Of a DNA stretch of 64,000 nucleotides, positions 13,929 through 26,799 are shown piece after piece (position 1 is the first letter of the stretch; every line of letters starts with the position of its first letter). Below the pieces are notes generated by a model, which saw only the letters and a list, made by a program, of their open reading frames with translations, was not told the DNA's origin and searched no databases. The stretch spans positions 34,162,001 through 34,226,000 of the forward strand of contig OZ024757.1 of NCBI GenBank assembly GCA_964016885.1. The letters are read 5' to 3'. This DNA is from Eledone cirrhosa (taxonomy: Eukaryota). Position numbers and translations under genes: made by a program.

Positions 13929-14001
13929 ATGGAGCACAACGAAAATACAGAATTATTTGATGTCTTACCGACAATACCTGATGCATATCTCGATGATACC
14001 G
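13929..14001 (+). CDS. PLD1: Probable first coding exon of phospholipase D1/2 homolog (MEHNENTELFDVLPTIPDAYLDDT+G)
   Basis: ATG in attATGG context, non-repetitive acidic 24-codon frame, donor G|gtaagg in phase 1. This matches the phase-1 start of exon 60071 (G+AT=Asp). Possible acceptor ...ctcaaacag at 13910. The link to the downstream exons is inferred. Confidence 0.6.
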
Positions 14002-14072
14002 GTAAGGGAGTACTTTATTATCTGTATGATACTCACACACAGACACACACATATATATATATATATGTATAT

Positions 14073-14360
14073 ACAATATATTAACAAATTTATATTTATA
14101 AAACCATATTTATTTCATTATACATATTTCAAGGACACCAAAGCAAATTATGGTGCGCTTTCATCAGATAAAATATAATATAGATCAGTTTTATAAACAA
14201 ATATTGACATACCCTTATAAAACTGATCTATATTATATTTTATCTGATGAAAGCGCACCAATAATATATGGTTTTATAAATTTTGTTGAGTGCTTTATAT
14301 CAGTTATAAAAATATTTGCTTGTTGTATCCCAACAAATTAAGTATAACTTCTACATATAT
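14073..14360. mobile_element. Family A palindromic hammerhead element (opposite orientation to 9041-9440)
   Basis: Same arms. Tail on the right (ttgagtgctttatatcagttataaaaatatttgcttg). (TA)-rich flanks. Confidence 0.85.
14111..14175 (-). ncRNA. Type I hammerhead ribozyme, family A
   Basis: Minus strand tattttat-CTGATGA-aagcgcacca...tggtgtcctt-GAAA-tatgta-TA-atgaaata. Confidence 0.85.
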
Positions 14361-14399
14361 ATGTGAACAATTTGTCAGCATTTTCTTTTCCGTTTACCA

Positions 14400-14431
<32 letters not shown>

Positions 14432-14639
14432 GTACACAGTGTGTCGGAAACTAATGATTGCTGCTGTTGTTGTTATATTTTTTTACACAAGGATTGGTGT
14501 TACCGTTTTTCCATGTTTATATTTTGACACTGCATATTTTGGGTGTAACCAATATATATAGATGTTCGTATGTGAGGTGAATAGATATTCAAACTTATAA
14601 TTAAAAGTATTTCCTCGTACAAGTAGGGAGTTGACTGCA

Positions 14640-14681
<42 letters not shown>

Positions 14682-14767
14682 GGTGTGGATACAAATGAAA
14701 GAAAAGAGCAAGCAACACATAATGTGGAAGTTAAGAGTATTTATATGAACAGTTTGACTTAATTCCG

Positions 14768-14799
<32 letters not shown>

Positions 14800-15526
14800 T
14801 ACATGTAAATGTACAAGACATAGTACGTATGTGTATATATATATTCACACACTGCAACTTAGTACACACTGTGTAACTCGGTATGTCTTTCTCCGGGGAA
14901 ACGTTGCCAAATTCAACAACAATGGTCCGAATATGAGGGATCTGTACTTTATTCTCTTCAAAAATAAATAAGGTTGATGCTAAGCAGGTGGTTTGTTGAC
15001 ATTAATTTAGTTTAGAACAATAGAAACGAAATTTAAACTTTCTTACCGAAGTACATCATACACGTATATACTAACACAAACTAAAACTAAGTAATGTGTG
15101 TCTGCATATTATGTGTGTAATGCATATCGTTTCCCCTTAAATTACTTACACGTTTTCATTGTAAATATATATTTGCTTGCAAAGGCATCTCAGTAGACTT
15201 TGTTATAAACAGAACTGATTTTCTTTAAAATTCTTTGTTTAAATCCCGCCAAATTAGACCGTCGTTCGTCCTTCTAGGCCATGATTCAATAAACACCTGC
15301 TATGTTTTGAGGGGTGGTTATTAACTCGACGATTACTCCACCCTTAAAAACAACAACAATAATTATGGCTTTGTATCTCCGTTAGAAATACTTGGTTAGT
15401 TTAGAAGACAAATAAATATTTGTAGCATTTGACAAAACGCATGACAGTTATATGTTATTCCTCTACCTTATAAATGTATAGTCCCTGTGCCTTAATAAGA
15501 AATCAACAGATAAAAATATAAATAAT

Positions 15527-16047
15527 AATTGTTTCTACTTTTGGCACAAGGCTAGCAAATATCTAGTACATTACTGGTACTTTATTTTATCGACCCCGTA
15601 AGGATGAAAGGCAAAGTTAACCTCGGCGGGATTTGAACTCAGACTATAAAGCGCCGTAACCCTTTGCTGCAAAGCATGGCGTCCGACCCTCTACCGATAC
15701 TGCCAATCCACCGCTATAAATAATAATACTAACAATAATTCTTTCTAATATTGGTACAAGGCCAGAAAATTGTATTATATCCACCTCCGTATTTAACTGA
15801 TATTTTATTTTATCGACATTTAAAGCAAAGTTGACCCCAGTGAATAATAATAAGGCCAGCAATTTGAAAGGGAGGGGAAAGTCGATTAAATCGACATTAG
15901 TGCATTACTGGTACTTTATTTTATCGACCCCGTAAGGATGAAAGGCAAAGTTAACCTCGGCGGGATTTGAACTCAGACCATAAAGGACCGTAACTCTTTG
16001 CTGCAAAGCATGGCGACCGACTCTCTACCGATACTGCCAATCCACCG
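15527..16047 (-). mobile_element. Cluster of tRNA-derived SINEs (two full, one partial)
   Basis: Repeated tcgaccccgtaaggatgaaaggcaaagttaacctcggcgggatttgaactcag...gccaatccaccg. Confidence 0.85.
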
Positions 16048-16049
16048 AA

Positions 16050-16560
16050 TGGTTTCTTTTATTAGCCGCAAGGGCCCAAGACATTGGGGACAATGCAAGG
16101 ACAAAAACAACACAGGGAGGAGTTTATGTAGAGTAAAATAATGGGGACATCACTGAAGATTGTTTAGGGAAGGGAAAAAAAACAGAATGTGCAACAGTCA
16201 TGCATTTCTTGGTAACATTTAACAGCGTGGAATGTCAACATTTTATTTAAATACCATATAAATAAAATATATACATACACACAACCAGACAAGTAACCGG
16301 TTGACTTAAGAAGCGCTGTGAAATTTTCATATCCATGTACAATCAACAAAGCAAAGGAACCATAGAAATTAGTCAGAAAGAGAAAAGAAAAGACAGACAC
16401 ACTCCCTCAATTTCACATTGTAGCGGGAAATTTTCAGCAAAGGTGACTCAAAACAGCATTTTAGTGGGTGATAGCGCAGCTGAGGCAGTGGAATAGCCAA
16501 GCACCCTCACAAACATCATCACCTGATATTTCAGTAAGACGAACCAGCCATCAGTGGAAT
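16050..16560 (-). pseudogene. Possible decayed LINE (L1/Tx1-like) 3' end
   Basis: Non-microsatellite block ending in aataaaagaa next to a SINE head. Protein similarity is weak. Confidence 0.3.
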
Positions 16561-17200
16561 CGAATTAGATTTACGTAACCAAGAATAAAAATGTCAGTTT
16601 GAGAGAAGTTATGGCTAGAATATTGTGCCAGCCTCTTTTATACTAACAATTTATAAGTAAGAAAGGTATCGTATCTGTAATGTTCAAGTATATCTCAAGT
16701 GTTTTAGCGCTGTAAATATATTTGCTTTCTCAGGCAATTTCAATGGACTTGTGGTTTTCTTTAAAATTCTGTGTTCAAATCCTGTCGAATCAGACTTGTT
16801 CAACCTTCTGGGTCTTGATACAAACACAGAAAATAACAGTAACCATTTGATGATTGCCACACAGCTTAGAAAATCAGTAACATCAGTACCAGATTTACCA
16901 TTGTGCTTTTAGCATTTACATTATATTATATTTACTATTATATTTTCACAGTAAAGGCTTTATTTCACATAAAAATCTTACGAGATTTTGATATTATTTA
17001 TTTTGAGAACAATACGTTAACATAAGTATGAACAGCTGGTTATGGCCAGTTTAAACAGAAAAAGATGAGAATTCTTGCCAGATATGGTCGGTTTAAATAC
17101 TAAAGGGTTAATGGGCCCCATTGGCCTCCTCTTCCTGTAAAAAATTTCACGTTGCTCAAGTTCACTCAGCTGGAAAATTTATGTTGTGTCTGTAATTTAA

Positions 17201-17407
17201 CCCTTTAGCATTTACATTACTCTATATTTATTACTCTATATTCATGGTAAAGGCTTTACCTCACATAATTATCTCACATAATATTAAATCTAAGAAGTTT
17301 ACCTTAACAATACCTTAACATCAGTCTGAGTGGCTGGTTACAGCCAATTTGAACAGAAAGAGTTAAGAGAATTCTGGCTGGGTATGGCCTGTTTAAATGT
17401 TAAAGGG
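17201..17407. mobile_element. piggyBac-like MITE
   Basis: TTAA|CCCTTTAGCATTTA...TAAATGTTAAAGGG|TTAA. Copies at 16908-17107, 49608-49775 and 61199-61419. Confidence 0.75.
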
Positions 17408-17939
17408 TTAAATTGCTAGCTTTGTGTCACATGGTGTGACATGCCGAATCTTCCTGAGAAATACGTTAAAAGTACACGTGTATGTGGTATGCTCAGCCAC
17501 TTGCATGTTAATTTCATGAGCAGGCTGTTCCGTTGTTTGAACAAATGGTACACTCATTGTGAGAACTGTTGGAGGTCCAACACACAGACACAGGACAATT
17601 TAATCAAATAAGCCCATCCTTAAACTGTTGCTTTGTGTCTTTATTATGATGTCAATACAATTTCTTTTGCTGACATCAAAGTTAGTGTATGAGTACTTGT
17701 CTGTGTGTGTATGTATGTGTGTCTGTGTGTGTATGTATGTGTGTGTGTGTGTGTGTGTGGGGGGGTTATGCTGGATAGGCAAGGCTGGAAACTTAAGTCA
17801 CACTAACACAGTGTGGATCATAATAGAGGTGTATATGGTGGCATATAACATGTTTATGTAAAAGAAACATATAAGATTCTGGATATGAATGTTTTAAGCT
17901 GTGATCATATCACAGCTATCTCAGAAGCAGTGTGACAAT

Positions 17940-17980
17940 GTCAGACATGTGTTTCTGGATTATTATTCATCTTCAGTGAC
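17940..17980 (-). ncRNA. Minimal type I hammerhead ribozyme, family D
   Basis: Minus strand gtca-CTGAAGA-tgaat[aata]atcca-GAAA-cacatg-TC-tgac. 4-bp stem I, GUC site, stem III containing the palindrome ACATGT. Confidence 0.75.
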
Positions 17981-18981
17981 CTTTACTTACTCTGCACCAA
18001 AACAGGTGTGTGCTATAGCTGATATGTTTTACTTGCATAAATCATTATTTGCATATAGCGTGAACTTGATCGACTAGGTAAAATCTTTTCTACATAAACA
18101 TATCATATATGCCTTAATATACACCTCTGTGATGACTTACGCTATGTTAGTGCTCCTGCTAATTAATCCTAACCTGAGAGGTTTACATACAGATACTAAG
18201 ATAGCTGTGACATGATCAGTTTAAAATATTCATAGTGAGACTCTTGTATGTTTATTATACACTAACACTAAGGGCAGTGAATCGGCAGAATCATTAGTGT
18301 TTGAATAAATGTTTTGCAGCATTTATTCTGGATCTTTATGTCCTGGGTTCAAATCCCTCCAAGGTGTACTTTACCTTTCATCCTTACAGATGACGCACTG
18401 GGGTCGATTTAATGGACTTTTCCCTCCCCCAAAATTGCTGGCCTTGTGCTTAAATAAGAAACCATTATACACTAACATATCTTATGACTTCATATACACC
18501 TCTGTTAAGGCTGAAAAGTCTCCAATTTCTTAAAAGTGTTAGTGAATGTTGTTTGTATTTAAAAAGTAAAACACCTATTTAGGTAGACATTTGATACATC
18601 TGACAACTGACAGCTAATTCTCTTTTTCTTTCTTTACCTTAACTCCTGAGAGAGTCATAGGCGTGCCATATTGACATACAGCATTTCTAGGGCATTTTCA
18701 AACCTGGCAGAGCCCATCTCCTCTCCAGGTTGAATACAGCCAATTTCATCCAGATAAGGATAGAGAGTGAGGGAATGGAAGTGATAAAGAGATACAGAGG
18801 GATAATCGACCCCAGTATTAGACTGCTACTTTATTTTTATTCTCCTTGAATGGATGAAAGGCAAAGTTGACCCCAGAGAGCAGAGAGCCATAGCGAATAC
18901 CATAAAGCATTTTATCCAACGTTCTAATGACTCTGCCAATTTGTCGCCATGACCGCTAAATAAATATTTCAATTGAATAAA

Positions 18982-19206
18982 AGACCTGTCAACTCTCCCC
19001 GTCTGACGGGAAGATCTCCCACCCACTTTAGGGTGGGTGAGAGATGTCTTCTCTTCTGAAAATGGGTATAGCTTTCATTATATAAAATCTCCCCATTTTG
19101 CCTTATTTCTCCCCGTTTTGGAGAACTTTTTTTCATGATACTCCCCGTTTTGGAGAACTTTTTTTCATGATACTCCCCGTTTGGGTTTTTAGAAGTTGGC
19201 AGGTCT
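18982..19206. mobile_element. hAT-like MITE
   Basis: TIR AGACCTGtCAACT / AGTTGGCAGGTCT. TSD tgaataaa / ggaataaa. Internal ctccccgttttgg repeats. Confidence 0.7.
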
Positions 19207-20186
19207 GGAATAAATACATTTTTCATTTAATTGATATCTGATTTAATTTTCATTGTTGTTTAACCCCAGGCCAGCCTTGATAGAGCAGACCTATGATGAA
19301 AGACATTCTAGCTGAGATCATCCCAAACTTAGTGTTGCTCTTCATTTTAAAATTTATGAAATTGTAATTTGATGGAGATTTAAATGTCAGTCAGATCAAA
19401 CATGTAGAGACTCGTTGGTTTGTAAAGTTGTTGACTTTTTATATATATTCGTCATTGTTGATAGATAAGTGAATAAATAAGACATGAGCAAACATTAAAT
19501 AAACTGGGTGTACTGCTTTTGTGTTTGTAAACAATTATGTCCAATATGGACGCTTGTGTATGTATATGTGTGTGTGTGTATATATATATATACACACACA
19601 CATTTACATGACCACTTTGCAGTTGTCATGTTGGTGACACTACAAAGAGTACCCAGTCCACGTTGTAAGGTAGTTGTGCTGGTGACACAACAAAGAGCAC
19701 CCAGTCAATGTTGTCAGTTGGTCATGTTTGATGACACAATAAAAAGCACCTAGTCCCTACTGTGAGTTGGTCAAGTTGTTGACAACAAAAAGCATCAAGC
19801 TCACCCTGTAAAGAGGGTGACCACGATGTAAATGTGGTTGACATCCAGCTGTAGAACCCAAGCTAGAATCAGTTCAGTATGAGCGCGGCATGGTCAGTTG
19901 ATTTGACCTGTCTCACAACAGGACAACTTGTCTAACCCATACTAGCATGGAAAATGGACGTTAAATGGTGGTGGTGATAATGATGATGATAATATACATT
20001 TATACACACACACACACACACACACACATTTACCATATATAAGCATATATGGACGAGGTGTTAGATCTTCGTTACATTTATTGAGATGTGACCAATATAG
20101 AAGTCTGACAAGCTTTTGATTCCAGAGTCGGGGCAGATCAATACAGATCAAATCTTCTGTTGATCAATCACGAAATGTACGTCACA

Positions 20187-20298
20187 CTTCCATAAACATA
20201 ATGAAGATCTTCCATAAACATAATGAAGATCTTCCATAAACATAATGAAGATCTTCCATAAACATAATGAAGATCTTCCATAAACATAATGAAGATCT
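20187..20298. repeat. 22-bp minisatellite x5
   Basis: cttccataaacataatgaagat. Confidence 0.95.
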
Positions 20299-20337
20299 AA
20301 CACTTCGTTATTTTTATTATTATTAGTATATTACTAG

Positions 20338-20530
20338 GCAGGTGGATTGGCAATATCGGTAGGTCGAACGGCATGCTTTGCAGCATCGAGTTATGGCCCT
20401 TTACGGTCTGAGTTCATATCCTGCCGAGGTTAACTTTACCTTTCATCTTTACGGGGTCGATAAAATAAAGTACCAGTAATTACCACTGGGATAATTGCTG
20501 GCCTTGTGCCAAAAGAAGAAAATTATTATT
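20338..20530 (+). mobile_element. Full-length tRNA-derived SINE
   Basis: A-box tggcaatatcggtag, B-box gagttcatatcc, central ctttacctttcatc..tacggggtcgataaaataaagtaccag, tail ggccttgtgccaaaag+(ATT)n. Similar copies at 29060-29250, 33150-33338, 44310-44495 and 62770-62990. Confidence 0.85.
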
Positions 20531-20550
20531 AGTATATATATATATATATG

Positions 20551-20608
<58 letters not shown>

Positions 20609-20820
20609 CATCATCATCGTTTAACATCTATCTTCCATGCTAGCATGGGTTTAGATGGGAATTGTCCCATTTGAGGCGGCAAAATTGGTTGTCTCGCTCG
20701 TATAGGGCTGTCTGGCAGGTTTTCTACGGCTGGATGCCAACCACGTTTACAGTAGTGTTGTTTTTGTTGTTAGTGGTAATGGTAGCAGTAATGTTGTTGT
20801 TGGTGGTAGTGATGGTTGTT

Positions 20821-20852
<32 letters not shown>

Positions 20853-21304
20853 GTAACTGTAGTATTGTTGTTAGTGATGGTGGTTCTAGAAATAGTAGTA
20901 GTGGTAGTAGTGTTGTTTTTGTTGTTAGTGGCACTGTTTGTAGTAGTAGTAGTTGAAGTGGTTGTAGGTGTAGTGTTGTTTTTGCTGTTGAAATAATTTA
21001 AACAATTGTCCATTGTTTTATGAAATACTTTTTATAAAACTTCACTGAGTCTTCAGAAATATCTAAACCTCTCACAGGCCTTTTCTTTTCTTTCTCACCA
21101 AATATTCCAGGATATCTTGAGACATTGACCTCATAACCTCTTTAGTATCCTTATTTCACCAGCTATTCCAGGATATGTTAATAGATATTGACCTCATAAC
21201 CTGGTTTGGGTCTAATCACTTTATTTAACATTGTACATATATTTCTCGAGGGATTATTCATTCATTTATGTCTGTGTATACACACACACACACACACACG
21301 TGTA

Positions 21305-21380
<76 letters not shown>

Positions 21381-21864
21381 TTTGTATGCCTGTTCGTTTG
21401 TGTGTGTGTGTGTGTGTGTTTGTGTGTGCAACTCTGGCCAATAACAATGAGTAGGGAAGTGGTGTGTGGACACCCAGAACACCAGAAGTCCCCACTACTT
21501 ATAGGTCCCTTAAACGTTTAAGTGACCTTAACCCCAATGAGAGAAGCCCAGGCGGGATGGGGAAACATTCTCTGGTGTGCAGAACCGCAGGTGCAAAACC
21601 TGTTTGTGTGTGTTTGTGTAACTTGAACCATTGCTACCCTAATGATAGAAGCCTGACCAAGATGGGGAAACATTCTCTGGTATATAGAACCCCAGGTGGA
21701 AGACTGTATCAGTATGTGGACAGATGTTGTTGATATCAGCCACATATGCCATCACTACCCCAATGATAGAAGTCTGGAGAATGTTCCATGGTGTGTATAA
21801 CCCTGGGCACAAGATGCCTCATGGACCCAGCGAAGGACAGAATGGAAAAAGTGTTAAATTAAAG

Positions 21865-22033
21865 CAGGGTTTCCCAAACTTTTTTAAACCCGGAACCCTT
21901 TTGGGATGCAGAAAACTTTTTGGGGTACCTAAACATCTAATACTGTTATATGGTTGTAATATAAATATACTCCTCTACCTTTTTTCATGGAACCCCAGAC
22001 ACTCCTTTGCGAAATCTACTTTGGGAACCACTG
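21865..22033. mobile_element. hAT/Charlie-like MITE
   Basis: CAGGGTTTCCCAAA...TTTGGGAACCACTG termini. Confidence 0.7.
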
Positions 22034-22647
22034 CCTTAGAGGATAGCAAAGGGGACACGTTGAAATAGCTATATTCCAATAGCAGGGCTCACTCCTGTGG
22101 GTTGGCAACCTTGGCCCAGTAGCAGTGAGTAGGGAAGTGGTATGAAGACCCAGAAAACCAGAAGTCCCCATCACTTATAGGTTTATTTCCCTTAAACTGT
22201 TAAGTGACTTTAACCCCTTTGTTACCAGTTTCTGATTTTTATAAGTTGTACTTCAGAATATCCAGTATCAACAACTACTAATAGTTTAGTTGTTGAAGTG
22301 GTTGTAGTAAAGGTAGCAGTGGTTGTAGTTGTAGTTGTAGTTGTTGTTGTTGTGGTAGTGGTTATAGTAATGGTAGCAGTAGTTGCAGTAGTGATTGATA
22401 TAGTTGTGGTAGTTGTAGTAGTGATTGTGGTAGTAATAGTAGTTGTTGTGGTGGTTGCAGTTGTAGTAGTGGCAGTAGTAGTGGTGGTGGTGATTGTTGA
22501 AGTAGTAGTAGTAGTGGTGGTGGTGGTTGCAGTAGTAGTTGTAGTGGTGGTGGTGGTTGCGGTAGTAGTTGTGATAATTATAGCAATTGCAACATTTTTC
22601 TTTAATCAGAAGCTGATCTGTGTGTGTTTCTGTTATTAAAACTGAGA

Positions 22648-23160
22648 GAAGAGGAAGGAGACGAGGAAGGGGAAGAAGAGGCAGGAGAAGCTGAAGGGGA
22701 GGAAGGGGAAGAAGAGGCAGGAGAAGCTGAAGGGGAGGATGGGGAAGAAGAGCCAGGAGAAGCTGAAGGGGAGGAAGAGGCAGGAGAAGCTGAAGGGGAA
22801 GAAGAGGCAGGAGAAGCTGAAGGGGAAGAAGAGGCAGGAGAAGCTGAAGGGGAGGAAGGGGAAGAAGAGCCAGGAGAAGCTGAAGGGGAGGAAGGGGAAG
22901 AAGAGCCAGGAGAAGCTGAAGGGGAGGAAGGGGAAGAAGAGGCAGGAGAAGCTGAAGGGGAAGAAGAGCCAGGAAAAGCTGAAGGGGAGGAAGGGGAAGA
23001 AGAGGCAGGAGAAGCTGAAGGGGAAGAAGAGGAAGAAGAGGCAGGAGAAGCTGAAGGGGAGGAAGGGGAAGAAGAGGCAGGAGAAGCTGAAGGGGAAGAA
23101 GAGGTAAGAGATTTGAAGGGGAGGAAGGGGAGAAGAGGCAGGAGAAGCTGAAGGGGGAGG
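22648..23160. repeat. Purine-rich 27/36-bp minisatellite
   Basis: gaagaggcaggagaagctgaagggga(ggaagggga) units. Confidence 0.9.
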
Positions 23161-23719
23161 ATAAGGAACATGGATGAACTTGACCGACTGCCCTCCTTTT
23201 GTGTCTGTCGTAAGAAACAAAGGGACCCACCTTTGCATCTCCACTCATGTCGGGCCTGTATTTTTCATTAACATGAATGTGACTTGATACAGCCTGCACT
23301 TCTTGTGTGATATTACTGCCCCCTCGCTTCCAGCAAGACTACCCCTGGACTTCTGGTTCCCTAGCCCCACAGTGCCAGTCACCGTCCAGACCTCAAGTGT
23401 CCTTCTCACTGTCCCCAAACTGCCGTTTTCCTCCGTAAAATCGGGAGGAGTGCATCCCTCCGGAGGAAGGAATCCCCGTGAAGTAGTGCAGATGTTGTAG
23501 TGTGTGTAGCTGTCAGTTCACTATGGCAGTGCTTTCACCATTTTGTCTGCAAGGCAAGGCTGAGCTATACTGCCAGAATGGGGTATATGGTCTGCCATTC
23601 GCTCCCCGCTTTCCCTTAGTTTCACTATTTAATGTTTTCTTTTTCTTTATTGTTTTGGTTTCTTAATATGCATTACTATTCTTTTTAAATAAAGAACTAC
23701 ATATATGTTCATGTATTTG

Positions 23720-24030
23720 GCACATGGCTTAGTGGTTAGAGCATTGGGCTTGCAATCGAAAGGTTGTGAGTTCAATTCTCAGACCGGGTGATGTGTTGTT
23801 TCCTTGAGCAAGACACTTTATTTCACATTGCTCCAGTTTACTCAGCTGTAGAAATGAGATGATAGGGACTGAGTTCCCTATCATTCCACTGCAAAGTGGT
23901 CGTGGAGGTGCCACGGCAAAAAAGCACCCAGCACTCACTGTAAATGAGGTTGGTGTTAGGAAGGGCATCCAGCTGTAGAAATCAAGCCAGAATCAGTTCC
24001 CGTCCCACCCTTGCAAGCAGGGAAAAGATG
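23720..24030 (+). mobile_element. Full-length tRNA-headed CORE-type SINE
   Basis: tggcttagtggttagagc A box, gagttcaattc B box, CORE-like domain. Related copies at 25160-25490(-), 28405-28525, 32385-32672, 42560-42690(-), 56570-56890 and 62580-62675(-). Confidence 0.85.
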
Positions 24031-24821
24031 ATTTGTTTTGCAAGATTCTTGATGTGAAATCATATGTTGAAACTGATATTGTTATAACAATGCTGTCTCT
24101 GATCGAGATGAAGTGACAGTGTATTTGATTGAATCTAATATATAATGATTGGAGGACTATGGGACTGTGTCAGGGATATTTTTTCTGAACATGTTATTAA
24201 AATAAGTTGGATTACTTTGAATAAATCATGAATGAATATTATGTAATTTATCTACTAAATTTCATAGTTCTTGATTAAACATACATATTTTTATATATAA
24301 TTCTAGGATTCAATTTTTTCTGGTTAGCGGCTGTTATATCATAACACATATAGCCATACACTATATCACATATCTTATATAAATGTTCATATGCTTGCAT
24401 CATAACATTTATATTTCCGTTGCTAATTTTCTCCCTTTTCGTTTTCATAACATTTCACCGTAATGCAGTTTATATATAATATCGTCTTTTTTAAATGTAT
24501 CATGGATTACTTTACTGACTACAGAAGAGAGTGTAACACAGTCTCTCTTCAATTTCTGTGCATATTCTCAATTACGATTTTCTTTGATGTATCTACATGC
24601 ATATATATTTGTGTATAATATCAACATGCACACAACACATGCTAGCAGAAAACCACCCGAAAGCTGGTTTTTCTGTTAGTACGTATAAAAATGATGAGTT
24701 TTCTCATTTTTATATGTACCCAATATTGTTATATTTGGGGATGATCATGTTGACAATATTGCCAATAAAAGAAACACACACCATAAGATTTTCTCTTTAT
24801 TTTTATTACTAGTTATTCATT

Positions 24822-25152
24822 GAATATATAACTACATACATATACTACTTTAAATATATAACTACATATATATACTACTTTAAATATATAACTACATATA
24901 TATACTACTTTAAATATATAACTACATATATATACTACTTTAAATATATAACTACATATATATACTACTTTAAATATATAACTACATATATACTACTTTA
25001 AATATATAACTACATATATATACTACTTTAAATATATAACTACATATATATACTACTTTAAATATATAACTACATATATATACTACTTTAAATATATAAC
25101 TACATACATATACTACTTTAAATATATAACTACATACATATACTACTTTAAA
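24822..25152. repeat. ~30-bp AT-rich minisatellite, ~11 copies
   Basis: aatatataactacatatatatactacttta. Confidence 0.95.
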
Positions 25153-25574
25153 TAAAAAGTAAAGACCTTCCCTTCTGTCAAAAATGACCATGGTATTTGC
25201 ATCTAGAAAGTTTCCCTCCGAGGCACAAGTCCGAGCAAGATTGTTTGTGGAAAACCAACAGTTGCCCATACATACCAGTCCCCCTTCTCCACACCACTGA
25301 TGTTGTCCAAGGGAAAGACAATGGCTGATACAACTTGGCACCAGAACTGACACAATTCATTTCTACAGTTGAGTAAACTGAAGCAACATGAAATAAAGTG
25401 TCTTGTTCAAGAACACTACACACATTCTGAGAATTGAATTCACAACCTCACGATTGTAAGCCTGGTGCTCTAACCACTAAGCCATGCACCCACACATACC
25501 ACTACTTAATATATAAAAAAACAAAACAAGAAACAAATTCAGTTTGTTTTTAATATTCCTTTGTTATATTTCGA

Positions 25575-25632
25575 ATACCTGATGAAATCACCGGATTCAT
25601 ATGGAATCCGGTGATTGAAATGATCATAGTAT
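25575..25632 (+). ncRNA. Type I hammerhead ribozyme with perfect 13-bp stem II, family B
   Basis: atac-CTGATGA-aatcaccggattc[atatg]gaatccggtgatt-GAAA-tgatca-TA-gtat. Palindromic stem III ATGATCAT, AUA site. AATAAA and (TA)n follow. Confidence 0.85.
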
Positions 25633-25681
25633 AATAAACCTTTCAAGGATTTACACCAGTCCAGCCTCCTGTTATTTTTAT

Positions 25682-25727
<46 letters not shown>

Positions 25728-26799
25728 ATGCATACACCCACGCATACATGCACACACACACCTAAACTAATATAGATCTTCACTCTACTGTATCAAACCA
25801 CAGGAGGTCTAAAAGCTGATGAGTGTATTTAAATGTTTGTGTGATCTCCTCTCATCCATTTTATTCTTTTTATCCTTTCTTCCTATCACTTCTGTGAACC
25901 AGCACACTTCTAGCTGCCTACTTCTATCCTTTGAGGTAAATTTTACCTGACAATGTCATTAACAGCATTTTGTTGTTTTAACAGCTTCCATGCATTGAGC
26001 TTTTCCCATTATCCTACAAATTCAGTTTGTCAAACCAATTACAATAAATTTGTCCACTTGAAAATTTGATAACTTGAAGCATTAACTGTTTTGATGCCAA
26101 ACTGTCTGAAACTGCTGCTGGTTTTATGGTACAAAGCTGTTTACTTTAATCAATCAATCAATCAAGTTACTGCAACAGATACAGCTAATTGCTGGAGTGC
26201 CACTCTAGATGTTTGACTGTGTATCCATTATGGCATTTCAATGGACCTTAGAAATGATAGGGCGTTAGAAATACTTGGTGGTGCCCATCTCCTCTTCAAG
26301 TTTGTGTGTGTTTATATTTATCTGGATGATGCTTGTTGCATGAAGAAGGACTAGGAGTTACCAGTGGAAGGGAGCTGCAGCAGAGGAAGGCCAAGGAAGA
26401 CATGGGCAGAGGTGGTGTGAGCAAATCTCCAAATGCTGAACCTAACAAAGGAGATGACAAAAGAACACAATAGGTGAAGGGATCTGTGCTGGGAAAGACC
26501 TGTCCAATCCATGCAAGCATAGAAAAGCAGATGTAAAAAGGATGATGACGACGATGAACCTTCGTTAAGTTATGTTCCAAACACCATCTGAAATAATGAG
26601 CGTGTTAGTTATTACTAAACCCTTACAAATTTTTGATTAATTTCAAAATTAATTGAAAATTATAGGCAGTAAATTTCATTAGAAAATACGGTATTAAAAT
26701 AGTTGAAATGTTTATATTTTTCAAAAAACCTTGCATCATAATTTTATATAAAAACCTTCGTTAAGTTTTGCTCCAAACACCAGATAAATTTTGAGAAAG

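Noticed and set aside
13922-14021. Minus-strand exon (cag...cag|gtaag) overlapping the putative PLD first exon
   Set aside because: Stops occur in all three minus-strand frames, and the + strand reading fits the PLD phase. A non-coding antisense exon cannot be excluded.
22624-23151. Acidic EEEAGEAEG protein exon
   Set aside because: Minisatellite open in several frames, with no convincing splice sites.
23720-23800. tRNA gene
   Set aside because: The A/B boxes belong to a SINE head that continues into a CORE domain, and no full cloverleaf forms.
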